From contig NC_086379.1 of assembly GCF_036588685.1 (NCBI RefSeq), positions 23,994,001-24,058,000 of the forward strand: a stretch of DNA of 64,000 bases. Direction: 5' to 3'. Source of the stretch: Mytilus trossulus (taxonomy: Eukaryota). A model generated the notes under the pieces. That model did no database searches. It was given only the letters and a program-made list of their open reading frames with translations, and was not told the origin of the DNA. Numbering within the stretch: the stretch's first letter is position 1; the number at the start of each line of letters is the position of its first letter. The position numbers and the translations under genes were made by a program. Positions 52,776 to 64,000 of the stretch are shown in pieces.

Positions 52776-55700
52776 AAAATAAAGAAAGAAACCCATTCTG
52801 GATAGAGAAATACACATATTAACAAATTGAATGAACATTACGACATGTTAATAGTTATTTAAGTTAAATCTAATACGCCAGACGAGTGTTTCGTCTGCAC
52901 TCACCATTACATTCATGATAAAATAGTAAGCCAAACAAAGATAAAGAGCATTGATGACCCGAAATTCCAAAACGTTTTGCCAAATATGGCTAAATTTATA
53001 TAAATGCATAGAAAATATAATCATTATTTAAAATTACTGAATATTGCAAGAATTTTAGGAAATGCTTAAATTCTTTCAGGCATTTAAAAAAAAATGCCTA
53101 AATTAAGAAAATGCCTGTAACATGTGTTAAAAGTAAAATCGCAAAAAAAACTGAACTCCGAGGAAAATTCAACACGGAAAGTCCCTAATCAAATGGCAAA
53201 ATCAAATGACTAAACACATCAAACCAATGGACAACCACTTTCATATTTCAGACTCGGTACATCCATTTTCAAATGTAGAAACTGGTGGATTAAACCTAAT
53301 TTTATATGGCAAAACCTCTCACCTGTATGACAGTAGCATCAAATTGCAGTTTATTTACAACAATGTGTGAACAAATCAGACATAAAAGGTAACACTGCCG
53401 CCATAATATGGGCACAGCAGTCGTCACTGTGTCACAATATCAAATAAACAAATATTAAACAAAAAAGCACATAAAAATCTATCAATTTTAACAACTACAT
53501 GTGGTGGTTTTCTTTTATATATATATTTTTTTTAAATCAACCAATAAAGACTGGAAATATATGAAGTCGACTGCATTCACATCGACACTTAGTGTATATA
53601 GTCGAGCGTTTGACGTCAGAAAATATAAGCGTCACACAGGAAGAAATATAAACTAGTTTTGTCGTTCAAAGTATTTTCAAAACTTTAATTTTAGATAGAA
53701 AATGGTAGTATACAGGGAAGAAAAATCCAAAGTTTTTCTTAGAACTAATTTCAGAAAAAGACTGAGTTTTAAAATTGTCCAGAATTGTTTTAGAATCCAT
53801 ATAATAACACCATGCGAGTAATTAACAATTTTGTCGTTCAAAGTATTTTCAAAATTATAATATAGCAATAACATAATGGCGCGCCTTTATTTGGCCTTTT
53901 TTATTATTTTTTCTAAGCTTCACCGATGATTGAAAAAAATTATATGGTATGATTGCCAATGAGACAACTCTTAACAAGAGTCCAAATGACACAGACCCAT
54001 ACGGCCTCCAACAATGCACAAAGCCTTTTCCGCATATATATATAGTCAGCTATCTAGGGCTCTGAAATAACTATTGTAAAATCATTCAAACGAAAAATGC
54101 ACGGCCTTATCTATGTACAAAAATGAACGTAAAACGAATGTATAACACACCAACCAACGACAACCACTGAATTACAGCCTTTTGATTTGGGCCAGCTCAG
54201 CCGTAGCGTAATGGAGGCAAAGGACCCATGAGGCAAATGCCTCACTTTGAAACGACGACCAATCTTTCGAAGTGTCATTTATTTTTAATTATGTATTTAA
54301 ATTATCAATACCGGGTCCAATCTGCAGCAGCGATTGCAGCTTTTGGACCATAGCGGTGACGGTAAATAAATAAGTGTTCCGAATACAAATCAAAATAACA
54401 AAATTAAAACAAATCTAAATGCCGTTACAAAACCGGTTGGAGACGGTTTTTTCAAGAGAAAAAAAGATGAAAAAGGTAACTTCTGAGTATAAACACGTAC
54501 CCCCTATAAGTATGCTGGCTTATTACTTTCTTCTTTTTTTTTTTAAATCGATAACGCTATAGCTACCAATGTTTACACTATCAACTCACTGAACAACAAA
54601 TGCTAATTGATAAAATAATTCATTGACCATAATAAAAATAAATAAAGAAAAAAAACCCATTCTGGATAGAGAAATACACAAATTAACAAGTTGAATGAAC
54701 ATTACGACATGTTAATAGTTATTTAAGGTAAATCTAATACGCCAGACGAGTGTTTCGTCTGCACTCACCATTGCATTCATGACAAAATAGTAGGCCAAAC
54801 AAAGATAAAGAGCATTGATGACCCGAAATTCCAAAATGTTTTGCCAAATATGGCTAAGATTATTTAAATGCATAGAAAATATAATCATTATTTAAAATTA
54901 CTGATTATTGCAGGAATTTTCGGAAATGCTTAAATTCTTTCAGGCATTTACAAAAAAGAAGGCTAAATTAAGAAAATGCCTGTAACATGTGTTAAAAGTA
55001 AAATCACAAAAAAAACTGACCTCCGAGGAAAATTCAACACGGAAAGTCCCTAATCAAATGGCAAAATCAAATGACTAAACACATCAAACCAATGGACAAC
55101 CACTTTCATATTTCAGACTCGGTACATCCATTTTCAAATGTAGAAACTGGTGGATTAAACCTAGTTTTATAGGGCAAAACCTCTCACCTGTATGACAGTA
55201 GCATCAAATTGCATTTTATTTACAACAATGTGTGAACAAAACAGACATAATAGATAACACTGCCATAATATAGGCACAGCAGTCATCACTGTGTCACAAT
55301 CTCAAATAAACAAATATTAAACAAAAAAGCACAAAAAAATCTATCAATTTTAACGACTACATGTGGTGGTTTTCTTTTATATATATATATATTTTAAATC
55401 AACCAATAAAGACTGGAAATATATGAAGTCGACTGCATTCACATCGACACTTAGTGTATATAGTCGAGCGTTTGACGTCAGAAAATATAAGCGTCACACA
55501 GAAAGAAATATAAACTAGTTTTGTCGTTCAAAGTATTTTCAAAACTATAATTTTAGATAGAAAATGGTAGTATACAGGGAAGAAAAATCCAAAGTTTTTC
55601 TAAGAACTAATTTCAGAAAAAGACTGAGTTTTAAAATTGTCCAGAATTGTTTTAGAATCCATATAATAACACCATGCGAGTAATAAACAATTTTGTCGTT

Positions 55701-56510
55701 CAAAGTATTTCAAAATTATAATAGAGCAATAACAAAATGGCGCGCCTTTATTTGGCCTTTTTTATTAATTTTTCTAAGCTTCACCGATGATTGAAAAAAT
55801 TATATGGTATGATTGCCAATGAGACAACTCTTAACAAGAGACCAAATGACATAGACCCATACGGCCTCCAACAATGCACAAAGCCTTTTCCGCATATATA
55901 TATATATAGTCAGCTATCTAGGGCTCTGAAATGACTATTGTCAAATCATTCAAACGAAAAATGCACGGCCTTATCTATGTACAAAAATGAACGTAAAACG
56001 AATGTATAACACATCAACAAACGACAACCACTGAATTACAGCCTTTTGATTTGGGCCAGCTCATCCGTAGCGTAATGGAGGCAATTGACCCATGAGGCAA
56101 ATGCCTCACTTTGAAACGACGACCAATCTTTCGAAGTGTCATTTATTTTTAATTATGTATTTAAATTATCAATACCGGCACACTACATATAGTGTGTCCA
56201 ATCTGCAGCAGCGATTGCAGCTTTTGGACCATAGCGGTGACGGTAAATAAATAAGTGTTCCGAATACAAATCAAAATAACAAAATTAAGACAAACCTAAA
56301 TGTCGTTACAAAACTGGTTGGAGACGGTTTCTTTAAAGAGAAAAAAAGATGAAAAAGGTAACTTCTGAGTATAAACACGTACCCCCTATAAGTATGCTGG
56401 CTTATTACTTTCTTTGGTCTATTTTTAAATCGATAACGCTATAGCTACCAATGTTTACACTATCAACTCACTGAACAACAAATGCTAATCGATAAAATAA
56501 TTCATTGACC
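52776..56510. repeat. ~1.87 kb direct tandem duplication of repeat-rich DNA
   Basis: AAACCCATTCTGGATAGAG at ~52789 and ~54653; both units end ATTCATTGACC (54628, 56510). Confidence 0.93.
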
Positions 56511-57202
56511 AAAAATAATTATTATTCATAATTAATTGCAACAAAATCATGCAGCGCCTTTTCTATGGAAGTCTTTGATGTATAAGGAAATTCATGATTC
56601 TTTAATAAAAATATGAAATATATTTTTGGTATTGTTTGAAAATATTTTTTTCGTGTTTCTTTTTCTGATTATGATCAGCATTGTATGGTTGTATGCTAGC
56701 GTGTTCCATTGATTCTAGTGCGGTAGGTCGTAGGATCGATAGGTCGTAGGATCGAACCATGGTAGGTCAAGCCAATGACTTAACAATTGGTAGAATAATG
56801 TGTCCAGGTAGGTTGACATGTCTTTCAGCGGAATGTCTACAGATAACTTGTGATCGCTTGTGACATAAGAATGCTTATAACATGCTCTCGTCTTCTAGAA
56901 GCTTATAACTTGATACTGGACATAAATATATATACATGTGTATACATAAGAACGTGTGTTGAAGCTTTTCGATAGTACAGATCACAGGAGAATCGGATAG
57001 TTTTGGTTCACTAACAGAGATTAATTTTAATATTTACTTATAGGCTAGCTAATAAAAATAACGCATTTCTGTTTTTTTTATAGATATTTATGCTGAAATA
57101 AGCTATCTTCTCCCGTTTCAGACACCCGAAACCCCCCTTAAAAAGGCTCTAACTCCGTTCGGCGATGTGCCTCACTTTAAATGAACATGCGCTACGGCCT
57201 TG
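56062..57202. mobile_element. Putative hAT-like non-autonomous element
   Basis: Termini CA(T/G)CCGTAGCG ... CGCTACGGCCTTG with TGAGGCA/TGCCTCA subterminal motifs; it interrupts a host repeat; its left end is duplicated at 54198. Confidence 0.5.
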
Positions 57203-58199
57203 ATCAGACACGTACATACCAAATGTGGCTGGGTTAAACTTTTGAAAGGGATCCCAACCCTCCCCCTTATTTGGGACAATTGTGTACAACATAAGAACAA
57301 CATATTCAAATCAGTTGGTAAAGACTTAACTCATCAGATGGATACAAATAGAAATACATCTTACAAAAAAGAGTGAAAGGGGCCGGTTACTTGTATATTT
57401 ATACGACAAAAAGACACTAAGTACTGATCTGAGAGTAATCGCAGATACGGACAGCTAGTTCAAAGCCACTAACATCTAATAAAAACATGCATCTAAGACA
57501 AAGTGTCTTTTTTTAAGACAAAACGCACGTCTGGGGCAAATACTAGATTGCAATTGTGTAATAATCTTTGATGAGTTTATTGTAAGAACAATTATAATAG
57601 AAAACGATACTTGTTTTCCAAAATATTGCAGTTATTGGCATACAAATGTATCAATTTGCGTAATATTTGCATGCATTTTAGATATATTGTTTGGAAATCT
57701 AAAGTATTTGTTCAGTTTTATGTTATACTTAGAATTTATCAATCCATCCCCAAAAATAGGTTTGTGTTTTTATTCTTGGGCTGTTCCGTATATAGCAATA
57801 CACTTCAGTGGAATATCTACATACATAATTAAACTTGATATTTTATAAGTCGTAAATCAACAGTCAACGCCAGGCGTAAAAGAAAAAAGACAAATAGAAA
57901 AATACGAACCCTATGTCATTGTTAAGATTGATAATATTAATAACATTATATTGTATTTCCTATCATGATTTCCTTGATAGAGAGTTGCTGCTCACAAAGA
58001 AGCCATTACAACAGGGGCTCCACATAGTGAAGTTGAAATCAAACCCTTCGTAAATTCTACGGGCGCAATCACAAGTAAATACATAAATAAAAAATCACCA
58101 ACATATACGAATCAAACAAGCATATACAAATTAATAATAAAATAAAAAAGAAATAAATGAAACATAAAATGCTTGTCCTCTAAAATAAACATAAAAAAG

Positions 58200-59040
58200 T
58201 CTATAATAAAAGCAGTCAATTGAAAGTTTTTGTAATCTACATGAATCCTCAAAAGCAGTTCGAAATAAGTGAGTCTTGAGATGCTGTTTCAAAAACATCT
58301 AAAAAATGTACACACCACGTGGACGATTGCATACTGTTCCAAAGTGTAGGGGCGGACTTGTCAAAACGCCTCTAGTCTAAGCTTTTCGTTCGGACGTTAT
58401 TTGGAGGATGCAAAGCATACTGGTTTCTACCTGAAGGATCTACTGGGTAAATATGTCGTATTTAAATCTTAAAGAAAGCCATGAGTCGTGCCATGCTGGG
58501 TTTTGTACACATTAAGAAGAAGATTGTATTGGCAACGGTGATGAATAGGTAGCTAGTGTAACGATGTTAAAGCAGGCGTAATTGTGTCAAATTTCCTTTA
58601 TTTGATATTCAAACGTGCTGATTTGTTTTTGACCCGCTATAACTTTTTTATGATGTTTGTGATAGTATCTGACAACAATGCGTTGACAAGTGCAGCCTTG
58701 ATGTAACCAAAAGCGAGCCTTAGTGATAGACTGGCTTGATATTCCATACTGATGGTTTTATCAGAGTACATTACCTGATTTTCCACACAAGACACATTGG
58801 TATCTCTAAACACAGTTCAATCAAATATCAGACTGAATTCAGAAAGATTCTTTAATCGACGTTTTGTTGCACAGATAATCAATTCTGTTTGCTTTAATTC
58901 ACCCAATCAGTAATACCCGACTTACATTTTTCTAGACGTTTGGACAGATCGTAACAGTCTCCATGCGTTGTTACGATTTGAAAGACCTGAGCAACATCTG
59001 AGAATAGTAAACTCATAGTGTTGGAACGCTCCCTTCATAT
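58200..59040 (-). mobile_element. Decayed L2-clade LINE 3' end
   Basis: IKKL*RVKNKSARL..RKFDTITPALTSLH*LPI..YNLLLNVYK..RFDKSAPTLWNS matches the L2 ORF2 C-terminus. Confidence 0.85.
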
Positions 59041-59200
59041 AGGAGTTTAAAAAGGGATCTGTTCATTTCGAAAGTGTTATTTTAAACAAAAACAAATGTG
59101 TACTACCAAAGAAGTGGAAATTAAAATGAAAAAAAAAGGGTCGCATACAAGTAAGCATTAAACATTCGTGTTCCAATTGCAAGTCACCATAACTTTTTAA

Positions 59201-59592
59201 GGAAGCTGGCTTGTCATGTTTTGGAGTTTTTGTCAGATTTTCGGAATTCTCTGGTTTTATCCATTTGAATGCCTTGAAAAAATTTGCCCGGTGACCCCCA
59301 TTTTTCTTTTTGTTAATCTTTTACATGTATAATGATAAGCCATCTGTAAAAGTCTTATAAAATTTCAATTATTTTTTAATAGTTTTTGAGAACTTAAACT
59401 TGTCAATGATAAAGCTATGAAAAGTCAAGAGAGACTATTTTCCCGCCAAAATTTCAATGGCTAATATCTCGAAAAAAAAAGCACGGTGACCTATATATTT
59501 TTTTTGCTTTTTGGATTCCTTTATTAATCCCCTATCAATATAAACTAGTGTTTTGAAAAGTTAATTACTTTGAAACTGACAAGCGAACTCCC
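59201..59592. mobile_element. MITE at a TTAA-like site (Kolobok-like)
   Basis: ttaa|GGAAGCTGGCTTGTCA ... TGACAAGCGAACTCCC|tcaa; imperfect 16-bp TIR. Confidence 0.65.
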
Positions 59593-60651
59593 TCAATCTT
59601 CTTAATGATAGCAATGTTTTGTTTGAAATTTTAACAACAACGACATAATTTTATGATACTAGAGGATTCTCACTTATCAAAGTTGGAAGCTGAACTACTT
59701 TTCCTTTTTCTTCAATCTAAGTTTCTTTTTAATAGATGATAAAAATCGGTTGATCATACATGTATATAGATAAATTTCAGTAACAAAAGACTGGATTCAG
59801 TAAAAATTAAAGAAAACAAAGGCAACAGCAGTAAACACTGACTACTATAAAAGGAAAACATGTTAACAGCAGAAACACTGAATTGGAACAAACAAAAAAC
59901 GACACTGCAACACACACAGAAACGAACTATAAGATAACAACTAACATTTTCATAATTTGGTATAGGACATTTTAAGATAGAAATGGTAGGTGGAACCGGA
60001 TTTTGCGACTATCCAAACCTCGCACTTTTAAGGCAATGTTAAATATAAAACTAAAACAATGTTATATAACCAGCTGCTTTAATTACACTTTTGTAGACTT
60101 TAATCCTGTTATTATACATTATAAAGTTATATTTCAATGAAATTGTGTAAAAACATACGATCAAATTGTTTTGTATTTTCAAAACTTAAACCACTTAACT
60201 AAGTGTGCAAGTTAGTAGACACCTCGCATACGATAGTGAAAATGAACTAACTAGATTTGCACTTTAAATATGATTTTTACACAGTTGATCGTTAATCTAG
60301 TTTTCGTTGAAGTTGGTTAATCAAATTCGATTCGTTTTGCTAAAGTACCTCATCAGATACCAACATTATTAGCAGTCGATAAAAATATTAAAATTATATT
60401 TATTATTCTTATTTAGAATAAATTTCATAAAAATTGTAAACGAATTTGACTAAACTTATTTGACAAGCACTGCATGTGTTTAAACAAACAAAAATATTCA
60501 ATACGTTTAGTTCATGTAATAAGCTACATGTATACAAACTACAACAACAAGAAGAAAAGAAATGCAATGTCATATACCATGTATACCGGTAAAATCAATT
60601 ATATACGATATTGGAGCATTTGTTTAAAGGAGCAGATAATTTTGGAAATAA

Positions 60652-61567
60652 TTACGACTCTATACCTGTTCCTGTTGCATAACGAGCAACAGATGTATTT
60701 GGAAATAAGCATGGTTTTATTTCACTGTCACCTATTGTACAATCAAAAACATTTGAAACATGATAGCAATAATACATATTATCTTTGGAATGCTGTTCTA
60801 GCTGACATTCTTTAGAAGATACTAATTTTCCTACAAATACATAAGCCACAGTCTCATCTTGAAAATGTGGTGATCCGGTTGCTTCAAAGCATACTAAAGA
60901 TCCACTATCACCTTGTTCAAAAAAATTATTTGTGTCGCATACAATTTTATGAAGGTTTTGGTCGAATCTGTCGTTTTGATCCTTTCTTGATATCCAACCT
61001 TTATATGTACCTCTAGTTAAACCACTTTTTGCACCCCATTTGTATACTTTTAGACTTTTCATTCTTTCTGATTTGATAACTTGCGCTGCTATAATTTTTC
61101 CTTCAATGAATTCATCGGCTGTATTACGTAATCCCAACTGACAATGTTGGATAATGGATGGTTCTGCTTTAACAATTGATAGGTCAACATATTCAACCTT
61201 CGTCACGTCTGGTCCAGTATTCACTGCATGGATACTTTTTCCTATTACGATATTTTCGTTGCTATAAGCATCATCATCTTTTTTAATAACATGTTCACAT
61301 GTTGTGAAATAAATGTTTTCAGATTGGTCTTTCAAAAACAATCCAAGTGTTCCAAATTTTCCATCGGATCTGGCTACTCTGCTTCCTTGCTTTAAATTAT
61401 AGTTGGAAATATTGTTCCCATCATCCCAAACTTTAATCTGTATTTTTGAAATCTTTCCATGATAATATTTGTCCAGGAATAATTTTAAGTCAGCTTCCTG
61501 GTGCAATTCTTTTACATAAATGGAAATAACATCGTCGTCAAAGCCGAATGCTGATACGTCGTTTGTT
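60652..61567 (-). CDS. Terminal exon of a Nal1/Ssy5(S64)-like trypsin-fold serine protease
   Basis: Acceptor TTCTTATTAG at 61568-61577; open frame TNDVSAFGF..FGTLGLF..TTCEHV..VDLSIV..VYKWGAKSGLTRG..FEQGDSGSLV; His/Asp/Ser triad intact. The ORF-track start is an internal TTG. Confidence 0.8.
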
Positions 61568-63779
61568 CTAATAAGAAAATAGAAGACAATATTTTATTCA
61601 AATTATGTAGTACATGAATATCATCAATTTAAGTAAATAGTGAAACATTAACCTGCTTAAAGGAGGGACGGAAGATACCCGTCGTGTTGTTTATGAGATA
61701 ACAAATCCTGAATTTATGTAAATATTCTTTTATTTGTTCATCAAAAATTTAGCATCTACGATTGACTGAAATGTTTACAGATTAAATATAACCTTTTGAT
61801 AAACATGATAAATGTATAGTGTTTTTAAAGCAATGGACATTTGACTTGACTGTTAATTCGTTTATATTCATTAATTTACTCTAAAGCTACGATAAAAAAT
61901 TTAAACAAATGAAATTCTTATGCCATATAGCATAGGATTGACCTGTTCGGCTTTTTTTCCTGAGCAATTTCTAGTTTTATCACTTGCCAGTCTGTACTAT
62001 ACTTTTAAACATAATGTAGCTACAAATATACCAATAACGTGTTTAACATCAAGTACAAGGAGTTGACTGACAATTTCATCTATGCGACTTGTATTTATAT
62101 CATGCCTTGCCGCTCCTTTTTCGGTTTACAGTTTTGTAAATTTGTCAGTGTTTTGAAAAAAATGCAAACATTGTTAATAAAATGATCATGCGATGTACTC
62201 ATATAATGAGTCAACTGACAATGTATGATGTGCAAACCAATCTGTAGGGGTGTTTTTTTCTGATAATGTTTACTGTGATAATTTTTCTCCACCAGCTTTT
62301 TTCAATTTTTCTAAAATGCATAACAGGTAAAGATCGCCACTTCCAAGAAAAATAACCAATTAACGCTAAAAATCGACTGATCGACTGATAATGTTGTCGG
62401 TTTAACGAATTAGAAAATCCTAACTTGATAGTCATTCTTTTTATATAAAATTCATCTAGATTTATTATATTTTTAAAATAATAGACAAATAGAAATAAAA
62501 TACGAATTTGTCATTTAGGGTCAATAACTTATATAAGTTGACTAATTGTTTCGCCTTTAAAATAAATATTAATCTTTTCTTGTTTTTTTTGTATTAAAGT
62601 TTCTCTCCGACTGTTATAGTTTTTTAAGATAATTGAGAACCCGCACAAAAATGGTAAAAATCGTTATCTCCTATGAAGAACCAACTGACAATTTCCACTA
62701 TTTACTTTGTTTGTCGAGTAATGTCGTATCTTGCTGATTCGTTTTAGAATACAGAGTCTTGTGTATTAATAAGATAATAAGCAATATTCAAAAAAAAAAA
62801 GTAAAATAAAAGGAATCGTCTGATAATTTTTGCTAAATACACATGTTTGTAGAATTTAAATTTGCCTAAGTCATATTTTTGGAAATGTCTGTACCAAGTA
62901 TGGAATGCTATAATTGTTATTCACTCTTTTAATGGGCTTTTTATTTTGCCATTTAATTTGATACTTTCCGTTTTGAGGCAGGATTTTGGTGATTTTACTT
63001 TTTTCTACGTACTTTAACGGTTTGCAAAATACTTCAACTTAAAAAAAACTTGCATATGAATAAAATATTCTGCTTGGTCTTGGTATTGGTAACCATGCTG
63101 ATTTAATTAGCCCAGTAGTTCAGGAAGAGGATATTTATAAAAAGTTAACGGACCGCAACGGAATTTAACTATCTATATCTTTCACATTAGTTTAAATATT
63201 CTTAAAGGGTTTTTAAGGGTTACATTTTACCACAAGTGTGTCGATACACAAAATTTACAATACGTATTTCTCCTATTGATTCAAACCTGCGTACAAGGTA
63301 CGAATTCAGTACGAGGTAAAATGTTCCTTAGATTAATTTTCACGATTCAATTTTAAATACTAGAATATGGTACGCAACTGCACATTAAAAGACATTTATT
63401 TCTCAAAATATCGAATAAAGTTATAAAATCCCCGTAAATTGTTTACGAAATACAATCTTAATCTTGAATATTTTTCCATGATAGTGCATGTGGCAAAATC
63501 CTGGGAACTCTATTCAAAGGATTTGTAACATGTGACCTGGGTCTTTAAGTAGTAAATTGGAACTGAAGATTTTATCCAATGTACTGATAATCAGTCTTTG
63601 ATCTGACACTAATGTGTTCTTCAAATCTTCGATTGGCGAATATTTACAAATATGTTGGGAAATGTCTAAAATTTGGCAATTTGCGAAATTGGTAGATGAA
63701 ACTTCATTTATTTAATAGAATTATGACAAATACTAAAAGAAGCAGGTCAGATAATAAAATTAACGGTACCAATTTTCTT

Positions 63780-63823
63780 GCACCAGATGCGCATTTCGAC
63801 AATACATGTCTCTTCAGTGATGC
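63780..63823 (-). ncRNA. Minimal type I hammerhead ribozyme
   Basis: GCAUCA-CUGAAGA-GACA(UGUAU)UGUC-GAAA-UGCGCA-UC^UGGUGC: complete core, 6-bp stem I, 4-bp stem II, palindromic mini stem III. Confidence 0.88.
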
Positions 63824-64000
63824 TCGTGGCCAAAACATTTGAAATCCTAAGCTTATATAAAAGATGAAGAGCTATAATCTAAAAGGTCCAAAAAGTATAG
63901 CTGAATCCGAGAAAAGAATTAGAGCTTTGCATGAGGGAGATACATTCTTTAAGTTATAAAAAATTCTATCATTTTGTAACAGCAAATTTTTATAACACAA

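Larger units (their letters stand above)
42211..53000. repeat. Segmental duplication, copy 2
   Basis: Pairs with copy 1. Lacks ~2 kb (copy 1 17617-19655) and carries private insertions at 47810 and 50314. Confidence 0.9.

Overview
AT-rich eukaryotic genomic DNA, most likely from a bivalve mollusc; the repeat families resemble those of Mytilus (inference, not database-checked). No prokaryotic features. Five main blocks. (1) 0.2-8.7 kb: a tandem cluster of three intronless minus-strand genes for a signal-peptide protein with an unrecognised Cys-rich N-domain and a C-terminal Ly6/uPAR (three-finger) domain. Copy A is open but has an in-frame UGA just before a GPI-anchor-like tail; copy B is an A/C chimera made by a ~3.7-3.9 kb unequal-crossover duplication; B and C are disrupted. 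(2) A ~11-14 kb segment is present twice (11951-~26300 and 42211-~53000), each copy carrying an intact single-exon rhodopsin-class GPCR, Harbinger transposase relics and Penelope-like pieces. (3) Between the two copies lies a >13 kb, 5'-truncated Sola3 DNA transposon whose frameshifted transposase is split into at least 11 exons with nested MITEs. (4) 52.8-59.6 kb: a 1.9 kb tandem duplication, MITEs and an L2 LINE end. (5) At the right end, the terminal exon of a Nal1/Ssy5-like trypsin-fold serine protease with an intact triad, and an intact minimal type I hammerhead ribozyme; degenerate hammerheads are scattered across the window.
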